Of a stretch of 34,969 nucleotides of DNA, positions 25,335 through 33,360 are shown in pieces. Both the position numbers and the translations under genes were made by a program. The first letter of the stretch is position 1. Each line of letters begins with the position of its first letter. The notes beneath the pieces were generated by a model. The model was given only the letters and a program-made list of their open reading frames with translations. It searched no databases and was not told the DNA's origin. Origin of the DNA: an uncultured Candidatus Saccharibacteria bacterium (GTDB lineage: Bacteria > Patescibacteriota > Minisyncoccia > UBA6257 > 2-01-FULL-56-20); contig CAZXCH010000001.1 in the NCBI GenBank assembly GCA_964639165.1, positions 1 through 34,969 of the forward strand. The letters run 5' to 3'.

Positions 25335-27023
25335 ATGGCACCGACCAACTTAAAGGGCAACCATAAATATATTTTCATCGTCGGGGGAGTAATGTCGGGT
25401 GTCGGCAAGGGAGTGTCTTCGTCGTCCATCGGAAAAATTTTGCAATCGCGTGGGCTCGAGGTGACATCCATCAAGATCGATCCGTACGTGAACGTTGATG
25501 CGGGAACCATGAACCCCACCGAGCACGGTGAGGTTTTTGTTTTGGATGACGGCACGGAGTGCGATCAAGATATGGGCAACTACGAGCGCTTTTTGGACCG
25601 CGATCTCTCCGGCGCGAACTATATGACGACGGGCAGTATCTATCAGACGGTCATCAATCGCGAGCGAAGCATGGGCTACGGAGGAAAATCGGTGAGTGTG
25701 GTGCCGCATATTCCAATGGAAGTGATGGATCGCATCGATCGCGCGGCGGAGCTCGCGAAGGCGGAGGTGGTGATCACGGAGATCGGTGGTACGGTAGGCG
25801 AGTATGAGAACATTCTTTTCATCGAAGCGATCCGCATGATGAAGTTCAAACACCCGAAGGATGTGTTGGTGATCCTCGTCAGCCACTTGCCGATCATGAG
25901 CGATGACAATGAGCTGAAGACGAAGCCGACCCAGCAGGCGGTGCGTGCGTTGAATGGCACGGGCCTTCAGCCGGACATCATTCTCGCGCGCGCGAAGTAT
26001 CCGCTCGATGAAAAGCGCAAAGAAAAGATCGCGTTCAATTGCGGACTGCGCGAAGAGGACGTGATCTCCGCGCCGGATGTCGCGAGCATCTATGACATCC
26101 CGGTCAATTTTGAAAAAGACGAACTTGGTAATTTGATATTGGAAAAACTTTCCATGAAGCCGCGTGCGAAAGATATGAAAGAGTGGCGCGCGTTCACGGA
26201 GAAGATCCACAATGCGAAGGATGTCGTGCGTATCGGCATCGTCGGAAAATATTTTGCGAGCGGGAAATTTGTTTTAGCAGACTCATATCTTTCCGTGATC
26301 GAATCCATCAAGCACAGCGCCGCGCTGTGGGGGGTGAAGCCGGAGATCAAGTGGCTTGATTCGGGCGAGTTTGAGAACGGCGCCGAAGGGTTGAAGACCC
26401 TCGATGGTTTTGACGGCATCATCGTGCCTGGCGGATTCGGCTCGCGCGGCGTGGAGGGCAAATTGAAGGCGATCCAGTACTGCCGCGAGAACAAGATCCC
26501 ATACTTCGGGCTTTGCTATGGTATGCAGCTCGCCACGGTGGAATTTGCGCGGAATGTGCTCAAAATGAAGGGTGCGAACACGACGGAGATCGACCCGAAG
26601 ACGAAGTATCCCATCATCGACATCCTGCCGGAGCAGAAGAAGTTGATGGCGGAAAAGAAGTACGGCGCCACGATGCGGCTCGGCGCATATCCCGCAGTAC
26701 TCACACCTGGCACAATCGCGGGTAAGGCGTACGGGAAGACAAAGATTTCCGAGCGGCACCGGCATCGTTACGAAGTGAATCCGGTTTACGTGAAGCGGCT
26801 CGAAAAAGGCGGTATCACTTTTTCCGGCGTATCGCCCTCGCGGCGGCTGATGGAGGTAATGGAGCTTCCGCGCAGCGTCCACCCATTCTTCCTTGGCACG
26901 CAGTTCCATCCTGAGCTGAAGTCGCGCCCGCTCAATCCGCATCCGCTGTTCAGGGAATTTATGAAGGCCGCGAAAGCGCGGCGTGCCGTGGTGCATCCGA
27001 CCGTGGTAGCTTCCGCAGTATAG
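25335..27023 (+). CDS. pyrG: CTP synthase
   Basis: KYIFIVGGVMSGVGKG, glutaminase GLCYGMQ and HRHRYEVN. The start was trimmed to ATG 25335. Confidence 0.95.
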   Translation: MAPTNLKGNHKYIFIVGGVMSGVGKGVSSSSIGKILQSRGLEVTSIKIDPYVNVDAGTMNPTEHGEVFVLDDGTECDQDMGNYERFLDRDLSGANYMTTGSIYQTVINRERSMGYGGKSVSVVPHIPMEVMDRIDRAAELAKAEVVITEIGGTVGEYENILFIEAIRMMKFKHPKDVLVILVSHLPIMSDDNELKTKPTQQAVRALNGTGLQPDIILARAKYPLDEKRKEKIAFNCGLREEDVISAPDVASIYDIPVNFEKDELGNLILEKLSMKPRAKDMKEWRAFTEKIHNAKDVVRIGIVGKYFASGKFVLADSYLSVIESIKHSAALWGVKPEIKWLDSGEFENGAEGLKTLDGFDGIIVPGGFGSRGVEGKLKAIQYCRENKIPYFGLCYGMQLATVEFARNVLKMKGANTTEIDPKTKYPIIDILPEQKKLMAEKKYGATMRLGAYPAVLTPGTIAGKAYGKTKISERHRHRYEVNPVYVKRLEKGGITFSGVSPSRRLMEVMELPRSVHPFFLGTQFHPELKSRPLNPHPLFREFMKAAKARRAVVHPTVVASAV

Positions 27024-27040
27024 GAGTATATAATAGTGGC

Positions 27041-27847
27041 ATGATCATCTTCCTCTACGGGCCGGACGATTATCGCCGCTCCGAAAAGAAGCGTTCTATC
27101 ATAGCGGAGTTTTCCAAAAAGCGATCGGAGATCGGGCTTGGTTTTTTCGATCTTGAAGAAAAGACGACGCTTGAATCGCTCGGTGAGTTTTTGAAGACGC
27201 AATCCATTTTTGAAACAACAAAGCTTGCGGTACTGGAAAATGCGTTCGAGCTCGAAGCACCGAAGCTCGCCAAGCTGTTAAAGCCGTACGTGGAAGAAAA
27301 AAATATCACGATTTTAATTACGGAGAAGGACAAGCCGGTGAAGGCGCTCGCGTTCCTTTTGGAGAAGCCGACAATCTCGCAAAAGTTCGAACAGCTTGCG
27401 GGCGCGGAGCACATGGCGTGGCTCGCAGCCGAGGCAAAGAAAAATGACGTGGCGCTGACGCCCTCTGCCGCACAATTCTTATCATCGGTGTATGAGGGCG
27501 ATACCTGGGGGCTGGTGACGGAGTTGCAAAAGCTTGCGGGGCTGAACCGCGGCGTCGATGGGAGGACTGCCGCCAAGCCGATCGATAAAAAAGATCTGGA
27601 TGTGTTCGATCTTGAGGTTGCGCCGAACTATTGGGGGCTCATCAACGGGCTAAAGAATTACGACATCAAGAACCGGCTGTACGCGTTTGAGACGATGCTC
27701 GCGGCGAACGATCCGCCGGCAAAGATCTTCAATATTCTCGCATCCCAGTGGCAAGAAAAAACCCCGCACATGGCGGAGTATGATCTGGCCGTGAAGTCCG
27801 GGAAGGTGGACTACGAAGAGGCCTTGGTTGATTTGTTGATAAGCTGA
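27041..27847 (+). CDS. holA: DNA polymerase III delta subunit-like protein
   Basis: The N-terminus MIIFLYGPDDY, the all-helical 268-aa protein and its size and pattern resemble short HolA proteins. Sequence similarity could not be verified here. TATAAT at 27029-27034 lies 6 nt before the ATG. Confidence 0.5.
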   Translation: MIIFLYGPDDYRRSEKKRSIIAEFSKKRSEIGLGFFDLEEKTTLESLGEFLKTQSIFETTKLAVLENAFELEAPKLAKLLKPYVEEKNITILITEKDKPVKALAFLLEKPTISQKFEQLAGAEHMAWLAAEAKKNDVALTPSAAQFLSSVYEGDTWGLVTELQKLAGLNRGVDGRTAAKPIDKKDLDVFDLEVAPNYWGLINGLKNYDIKNRLYAFETMLAANDPPAKIFNILASQWQEKTPHMAEYDLAVKSGKVDYEEALVDLLIS

Positions 27848-28086
27848 GAAAGGCGGCTCTTGAGGCGGCTGGCCTTGTTCTTCTCGATGACTTTGGCCTT
27901 TGCGGCCTTATCAAGCGCCTTGAAGACGAGCGGGAGGATTTTCGCGGCCTCTTCGTTCTTCTTTGCGACGACAAGCTTGCGGAAGGTGACAACCTGAAGT
28001 TTATAGGCTTCCTTGCGAACAACATTCCGCTTGTGGCGGGTCACGTTCTGGCGGAGCGCCTTCTTGGCTGACTTGGTGATTGGCAT
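27811..28086 (-). CDS. rpsT: 30S ribosomal protein S20
   Basis: MPITKSAKKALRQN...KNKASRLKSRLSQLINK aligns with S20. The start was trimmed to 28086. The 3' end overlaps holA by 37 bp in convergent orientation. Confidence 0.9.
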   Translation of the reverse strand: MPITKSAKKALRQNVTRHKRNVVRKEAYKLQVVTFRKLVVAKKNEEAAKILPLVFKALDKAAKAKVIEKNKASRLKSRLSQLINKSTKASS

Positions 28087-28093
28087 AAGTGAT

Positions 28094-28121
28094 AGTATAG
28101 CGGGAAATCCTGTATTTACAA
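28094..28121 (-). promoter_or_regulatory. rpsT promoter; -10 lies 7 nt from the ATG
   Basis: The minus strand reads TTGTAA-16 nt-TATACT-7 nt-ATG. Confidence 0.55.
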
Positions 28122-28127
28122 GGGGCA

Positions 28128-28157
28128 TTGACAACATCACTATTATTATGTTAATAT
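28128..28157 (+). promoter_or_regulatory. strong sigma70-type promoter driving the triple-hairpin leader
   Basis: TTGACA-18 nt-TAATAT, with a TGT extended -10 element at 28149-28151. Confidence 0.6.
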
Positions 28158-28163
28158 ATGCGG

Positions 28164-28257
28164 AGCGTCCGGCTGGCTAAGCCGGTTTGCCAATTGCCTT
28201 TCGGGGAGGCTATCCCCGAAGAATCCAAGCTGGCTAAGCTTGGATAGGAGAATCAAA
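28164..28257 (+). promoter_or_regulatory. structured 5' leader with three hairpins that share the pentaloop GGCUA
   Basis: CCGGCT-GGCTA-AGCCGG (28169-28185), TTCGGGGA-GGCTA-TCCCCGAA (28200-28220) and ATCCAAGCT-GGCTA-AGCTTGGAT (28223-28245). The SD AGGAG (28246-28250) and ATG 28258 follow. Confidence 0.6.
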
Positions 28258-28797
28258 ATGAAGCGTTCTACCAGACTCACGCTGTTCGCCGGAAGTCTCG
28301 CCCTCGCAGAAGTGATTGAATTCATCGCCCTCTTCTTTTTCCCATGGTCGTCACACTTCTTCACTCTGTCGCTTGTCACTATTATTGCGATGGTAGTGGA
28401 GTGGTCCGGTATGATGAAGTCCCTAAGGAAGGCTAACTTCTGGAGAGCGAGAGAGGATCGATTTTTCAACGCCACAGGACATGAGGCTCCTCATTCGTAT
28501 AAGGAGGTTGAGGCAATGAAAGCTATCAACGAGCAGGTTGCAGGCCTATTCATTCCCGTCAGGGATGCTATGACTGAACTTGCTCAGCTAAAACGCCAAC
28601 GCCTTACCGTTTTTAATGCGAAACGATGTGCCAAGCTTGAGGAAGAGATCAGGAAGGGCCGGGAACACTATACCAAAGGCAGAGAGGCCGCACTTCCTTT
28701 CTTAACCCTCCCATTCCGGTTAATTTCCGAGCGTAAGCTTTCTGAGGCGCTCAATGAACGCCTGCGTCGGCCTCCGATACCATTTCGGCCGCGCTAG
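28258..28797 (+). CDS. small membrane protein (2 TM) with a coiled-coil/basic C-terminal half, unknown function
   Basis: AGGAG lies 7 nt upstream of ATG 28258, and the ORF-track TTG at 28240 was rejected. An intrinsic terminator follows. Confidence 0.65.
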   Translation: MKRSTRLTLFAGSLALAEVIEFIALFFFPWSSHFFTLSLVTIIAMVVEWSGMMKSLRKANFWRAREDRFFNATGHEAPHSYKEVEAMKAINEQVAGLFIPVRDAMTELAQLKRQRLTVFNAKRCAKLEEEIRKGREHYTKGREAALPFLTLPFRLISERKLSEALNERLRRPPIPFRPR

Positions 28798-28823
28798 AAG
28801 CTCTGCAGTCTATTCTCCCAAAC

Positions 28824-28857
28824 CAGGGACCGCTTTATGTGGTCCCTGTCCTTTTTT
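28824..28857 (+). terminator. intrinsic terminator
   Basis: CAGGGACC-gctttatgt-GGTCCCTG, followed by TCCTTTTTT. Confidence 0.8.
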
Positions 28858-28901
28858 ATATTTCTGATGCATTCGCGCTTTACCCGCGCTATAATGAACG
28901 C

Positions 28902-29486
28902 ATGATATACAGCGTTTCCGGCAAACTAGCGCTAAAAGAAGCCAGCTTTGCCGTGGTGGAAGCGGGAGGTCTTGGCCTCAAGCTCTTTGCGAGCAAGCAA
29001 ACATTGGAGGCGCTTCCGGCCATCGGAACCGGCATCACATTCTATTGTCACCTCCACGTGCGTGAGGATGCGCTCGATCTCTTTGGGTTCACATCGCCGG
29101 ACGAGCTGGATTTCTTTGAGATGCTCATTTCCGTCTCCGGCGTGGGACCAAAATCCGCGCTCGCTATATTGGATACGGCGCCGCTTGATGAGCTTTCCGC
29201 GGCCATCAAAGAAGGACGCCCGGATCTGCTCACGCGCGCGGCGGGCATCGGCAGAAAGACCGCGGAACGCGTCATTGTGGAGCTTCGCTCAAAGGTGCAG
29301 TCTTCAAAGAGCGGTGCGGTGGTGGAGAAGATGCAGACCGATTCCGATCTCGTGGAGGCGTTGACCAGTTTGGGATATCGGCGCGAAGAAGCGCGCGCCG
29401 CACTCGGCAAGGTTGACGAAAAGGTGGTCGGCACGGAAGCGCGCTTGCGCGCCGCGCTCGGGGTCTTGGCCAATAAACAAAAATAA
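28902..29486 (+). CDS. ruvA: Holliday junction DNA helicase subunit RuvA
   Basis: MIYSVSGKL... plus the HhH region ISVSGVGPKSALAIL. TATAAT at 28890-28895 lies exactly 6 nt before the ATG. The ORF-track extension was trimmed. Confidence 0.9.
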   Translation: MIYSVSGKLALKEASFAVVEAGGLGLKLFASKQTLEALPAIGTGITFYCHLHVREDALDLFGFTSPDELDFFEMLISVSGVGPKSALAILDTAPLDELSAAIKEGRPDLLTRAAGIGRKTAERVIVELRSKVQSSKSGAVVEKMQTDSDLVEALTSLGYRREEARAALGKVDEKVVGTEARLRAALGVLANKQK

Positions 29487-29500
29487 CGATCGCATCGCGC

Positions 29501-30769
29501 ATGAAAAAGTTTTTAAGAAATATCCACCCGCTGTCGGTCTACCATTTTTTATGGGCGTGGACCGGCGCTCACCTGCATGGCAATCCGAGCAAGAAATTGT
29601 TCGTGATCGGCGTGACGGGCACCAAAGGAAAGACAACGACGGTGGAGGTCATCAATGCCATCCTCACCGCTGCCGGCAAACGTACCGCGCTCATCTCCTC
29701 CTTGCGCGTGAAGATCGGCGACGAGAGCCGCAAAAATACCACCGGCAATTCCATGCCGGGCCGGGCATATCTTCAGAAATTCCTGCATAACGCGGCACGC
29801 GCCGGGTGCAATTACGTAATTATAGAAGTGACGTCACAGGCGGTCGTTCAGCACCGGCACCGGTTCATTCACTGGAACATGGGGGTGCTCACCAACCTGG
29901 CGCCGGAACATATCGAATCGCATGGTTCGTTCGAGAATTACCGCGAGGCAAAATTGGATTTTTTGAAATATGTGATAGGTCGTGGCGGCAAGATATTTTT
30001 GAACCGCGACGACAAGAATTTTGATTTCTTTATTGAGGCGCTGGGGGATAGCCAGCCGGTCGCGTATTCCAAGGACGACGAGTTCTTCCACGAATCATTG
30101 CCGCACATCCGCAGTACGAAGATGCGTCGCGATGACGAAGCGCCGCATTTCCTTATGAGTCCGTTCAACGAAGAGAACATTGCCGTCGCGGTGGCGATCG
30201 CGAGGGAGCTCGGTATCGCGAGCAAGATCGTTGACGACGCGATCCTTGAGTTCGAGGGCGTGCCGGGGCGGATGGAGTTCGTTCACGCGGGCGATCGCAC
30301 TGCGGTCGTGGATTACGCACACACGCCGGATTCGCTCGAGGCGGCATATATCGCCGCAAAGCCAAACCCGTCGCACGATTTTCCGCATCCGCGCCTGATC
30401 TGCGTCCTTGGATCCGCAGGCGGCGGCCGTGATACCTGGAAGCGTCCGTCCATGGGTGCTATCGCCGCGGACCATTGCGACGAGATCGTTTTGACGAACG
30501 AAGATCCGTACGACGAGGATCCGCAGGGGATCATGGACGAGATCGACGGCGGCATCCCGCGCCCGCTACGCGAAGGACAGCGTGTCTATAAGATCGTGGA
30601 TCGCGTGGAGGCGATCAATAAAGCGATCGCACTCGCGCAACCGGGCGATGTGGTGATCGGCACGGGCAAGGGGAGCGAGGACTGGATCCATGTCGCCGAC
30701 GACCGGAAGGTCCCATGGAACGAACGTTCGGTATTTGAGGCGGCGCTTGTGAAGCAGGCAAAGAAATAA
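29501..30769 (+). CDS. murE: Mur ligase family protein (MurE-like, short N-terminus)
   Basis: P-loop GVTGTKGKTTT and the DYAHTPDSLEAAY motif. At 422 aa it lacks the usual N-terminal domain. Confidence 0.65.
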   Translation: MKKFLRNIHPLSVYHFLWAWTGAHLHGNPSKKLFVIGVTGTKGKTTTVEVINAILTAAGKRTALISSLRVKIGDESRKNTTGNSMPGRAYLQKFLHNAARAGCNYVIIEVTSQAVVQHRHRFIHWNMGVLTNLAPEHIESHGSFENYREAKLDFLKYVIGRGGKIFLNRDDKNFDFFIEALGDSQPVAYSKDDEFFHESLPHIRSTKMRRDDEAPHFLMSPFNEENIAVAVAIARELGIASKIVDDAILEFEGVPGRMEFVHAGDRTAVVDYAHTPDSLEAAYIAAKPNPSHDFPHPRLICVLGSAGGGRDTWKRPSMGAIAADHCDEIVLTNEDPYDEDPQGIMDEIDGGIPRPLREGQRVYKIVDRVEAINKAIALAQPGDVVIGTGKGSEDWIHVADDRKVPWNERSVFEAALVKQAKK

Positions 30770-30800
30770 AAAACAGCCCCACTCCGGGAAGGGGCAGGGC
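30770..30800 (-). terminator. minus-strand intrinsic terminator
   Basis: The minus strand reads GCCCC-ttcccggagt-GGGGC followed by TGTTTTTTATTT. There is no T-run on the plus strand. Confidence 0.55.
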
Positions 30801-30811
30801 TAGGGGTGCGG

Positions 30812-31009
30812 TCAGCGGGATTTTCCACGGCGGCTCTGAGAAGGCTGTTGCCGGGCGTTCGTTCGTGGGCACAGCTCGTGGGCCGAGTCCGCGAATTGTT
30901 TGAGGCGACGCGCGGTCCACCTTTTTCTGTGGCGGCGGCGTGGCGGATGCTGGGGGGTTCTATCTATGAAGATGGCGCCTGAGTAGTCTGTCTTAGGCTT
31001 TCGCTCCAT
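30812..31009 (-). CDS. possible 65-aa Arg-rich basic protein
   Basis: GAGGAG lies 8 nt upstream of ATG 31009, and a terminator follows the stop. MERKPKTDYSGAIFIDRTPQHPPRRRHRKRW... shows no recognisable homology. Confidence 0.4.
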   Translation of the reverse strand: MERKPKTDYSGAIFIDRTPQHPPRRRHRKRWTARRLKQFADSAHELCPRTNARQQPSQSRRGKSR

Positions 31010-31081
31010 GGAGTCTTCTCCTCTGCGCAGTATCCTATAGCAATTTGTTTCTCTCCGCAAGCAGCCGTATACTTACTGCAT

Positions 31082-32428
31082 ATGCAACTTACTTTCTACG
31101 GGGGGACGGGTGAGGCGACTGGCTCGAACTATATTTTGGAATCGGGAGGGACGAAGATCATGATCGATTGCGGGCTTCATCAGGGGAGCCATTACGCGGA
31201 CCGGGAAAATTTCGAGAAGTTCGCGTACGACCCAAAGGAGGTGTCGGCAGTGTTCATCACTCATTCGCATTTGGACCATATCGGGCGTCTGCCGAGCCTC
31301 GTACTCGCCGGATTCAAAGGAACGATCTATTCCACGCACGCCACGCGTGATTTCGCCGAGCTGATGCTTGAGGATTCGGAACATCTTCTTGCAAAAGAAG
31401 CCGAGCGCGAGGCTCGCCCGCTGCTGTATCGCGATAGCGATATTCCCAAGGTAACCGGGTTGTGGAAAGGGTTAAAATATCATGAGCCGGTCGAGGTCGG
31501 CCCGTTCAAGGTTGAGCTTTATGACGCGGGCCATATTCTTGGTTCGGCGATCATTCACATAGAGGCCGAAGGGAAGACGATCGTGTTCTCCGGTGACCTT
31601 GGGAATGTGCCGTCGCCACTCATCAAACCGACGGAAAAGATCCCGTCGGCGGATTACTGTCTGATAGAGTCCACCTATGGCGATCGTGTGCATGAAGATG
31701 TGGCGCAGCGGCGTGAGATGCTGCTCGGCGCGATCGAGGAGACGTTCAAGGCGGGTGGCGTGCTCATGATTCCGACATTTGCGATGGAGCGCACGCAGGA
31801 TCTTCTGTTCCATTTCCATCAGCTGAATGAAGAGGGGAAATTGCCGAACGAACCGATCTTTTTAGACAGTCCGCTTGCGATCAAATTGACAGAACTTTTT
31901 AAAAAACACGAGGATGCATTCAATGACAAGGTTGAGAACATCGTGAAGGTGGGAGATGAAGTGTTGAGCTTCCCGGAATTGCGCGTTACGCTATCAACGG
32001 AGGAATCAAAAGGGATCAACGACGTTCCGTCGCCGAAGATCATCATCGCAGGATCCGGCATGTCGAACGGTGGACGTATCCTACATCACGAACTGCGTTA
32101 TCTCCCGGACTCCAAGAGCGAGGTGGTATTCGTCGGCTACCAGGCCGAAGGTTCCATGGGCCGCCAGCTGCTCGAAGGCGCCACGGAGGTGCACATCTTC
32201 GGTGAGGCGGTGCCGGTGCGGTGCCGAAGGATCGACATTCCGGGATATTCCGCACATGCGGACCAACCGCATCTGCTCGACTGGCTGAGCTCCATGAAGG
32301 GCTCGCTCAAAAAAGTATTCGTGGTACAAGGGGAGCAGACGTCGTCGGAAACGCTCGCGCATAAAATAATAGACGGCTTTGGGATCGCGGCGGAGGTTCC
32401 GCACGCGAATGAGAGTGTTACGTTATAA
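31082..32428 (+). CDS. MBL-fold beta-CASP family (CPSF/RNase J-like) nuclease
   Basis: HSHLDH metal motif and an N-terminus GGTGEATGSNYILESGGTKIMIDCG. The beta-CASP-sized insert and the C-terminal H motif (GYSAHAD) fit the family. TATACT lies 8 nt before the ATG. Confidence 0.8.
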   Translation: MQLTFYGGTGEATGSNYILESGGTKIMIDCGLHQGSHYADRENFEKFAYDPKEVSAVFITHSHLDHIGRLPSLVLAGFKGTIYSTHATRDFAELMLEDSEHLLAKEAEREARPLLYRDSDIPKVTGLWKGLKYHEPVEVGPFKVELYDAGHILGSAIIHIEAEGKTIVFSGDLGNVPSPLIKPTEKIPSADYCLIESTYGDRVHEDVAQRREMLLGAIEETFKAGGVLMIPTFAMERTQDLLFHFHQLNEEGKLPNEPIFLDSPLAIKLTELFKKHEDAFNDKVENIVKVGDEVLSFPELRVTLSTEESKGINDVPSPKIIIAGSGMSNGGRILHHELRYLPDSKSEVVFVGYQAEGSMGRQLLEGATEVHIFGEAVPVRCRRIDIPGYSAHADQPHLLDWLSSMKGSLKKVFVVQGEQTSSETLAHKIIDGFGIAAEVPHANESVTL

Positions 32429-32450
32429 TAAACGAAATATCGATAAAAAC

Positions 32451-33041
32451 ATGGCGACTAAAAAAATAGACACCGCGTATCACCTTAAATATAAGATCTG
32501 CATCTCCGGCGCTGCCGAGATAGAACATTGCCCGCCGGGCACGGTGGAAAAAGCGGAGCTGATCGGCAAGTTGATCGCCGAAGCGGGGATGGTGCTCGTT
32601 GATGGTGCCACCACCGGCATCCCGTACTATGCGGCGAAAGGCGCGAAGCTGGCAGGCGGCATCGTCATTGGCCTCTCGCCCGCGGAATCAAAAGCGGCGC
32701 ACGTGCGGACCTACCGTCTGCCGCTCGATTATCACGATCTCATCATCTATACCGGCTTTGGCTACTCGGGCCGCAACCTACTCCTTACCCGCTCCGCGGA
32801 CGCGGTCATCACGATCTACGGCCGCATCGGTACGTTGAATGAATTTACCATCGCATTCGAGGATAAGAAGCCGCAAGGCGTGCTCACGCACACCGGCGGT
32901 ACGAGCGACGAGCTTGAGCACATCCTGAAGATCGCGCACCGCGGCAACGGCAAGGCGGTGTTCGACCCGGACCCGAGGGCGCTCGTGGAGAGAGTGGTAG
33001 AGTTGATCCATAAAGAGGAAGAAAAAATGGAGATCGAATAA
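32451..33041 (+). CDS. TIGR00725 / LOG (SLOG) family Rossmann-like protein
   Basis: ISGAA...GATTGIPYYAAKGA...YGRIGTLNE resembles the LOG PGGxGTxxE pattern. The start was trimmed to ATG 32451. Confidence 0.6.
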   Translation: MATKKIDTAYHLKYKICISGAAEIEHCPPGTVEKAELIGKLIAEAGMVLVDGATTGIPYYAAKGAKLAGGIVIGLSPAESKAAHVRTYRLPLDYHDLIIYTGFGYSGRNLLLTRSADAVITIYGRIGTLNEFTIAFEDKKPQGVLTHTGGTSDELEHILKIAHRGNGKAVFDPDPRALVERVVELIHKEEEKMEIE

Positions 33042-33045
33042 CACC

Positions 33046-33339
33046 ATGGCCGCGAAGAAGAAGAAAATAATAAAGAAGGCGGTAAAAAAAGCGAAAGTGA
33101 AGCCCATCGGCAAGGTGACGCATTACTACGCGCACATCAAGGTGGCGATCGTAAAGTTCAATACGAAAGTGAAGGCGGGCACGGAATTATATTTCAAGGG
33201 TGCGACGACGGATTTTAAGGAAGTGTCAAAATCCATGCAGTTCGATCACAAACCGGTGGTGGTGGCGATGCCGAAGAAGCAGATCGGTATCAAACTCAAG
33301 AAACGCGTTCGCGAAGGAGATTTGGTCTATAAAGCATAA
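33046..33339 (+). CDS. small Lys-rich protein with an EF-Tu domain-2-like beta-barrel
   Basis: KVTHYYAHIKVAIVKFNTKVKAGTELYFKG...VREGDLVYK resembles translation-protein beta-barrel proteins. It starts 4 nt after the upstream stop. Confidence 0.45.
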   Translation: MAAKKKKIIKKAVKKAKVKPIGKVTHYYAHIKVAIVKFNTKVKAGTELYFKGATTDFKEVSKSMQFDHKPVVVAMPKKQIGIKLKKRVREGDLVYKA

Positions 33340-33360
33340 CGAGGGGAACAGTAAGAACGC

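Noticed and set aside
28169-28245. Considered the three hairpins as a mini CRISPR-like or tandem guide-RNA array, or as palindromic DNA operators.
   Set aside because: The spacing is irregular (14 nt and 2 nt), no conserved unit borders are present and no associated nuclease gene is adjacent. The stems differ, so a DNA-binding protein would not see a common site. An RNA-level interpretation fits better.
30770-31081. Scanned the GC-rich gap on both strands for RNase P, tmRNA and SRP signatures.
   Set aside because: No conserved motifs of these RNAs were found, and no convincing extended helices were visible by eye. It is kept only as a small-ORF or unknown-RNA candidate.
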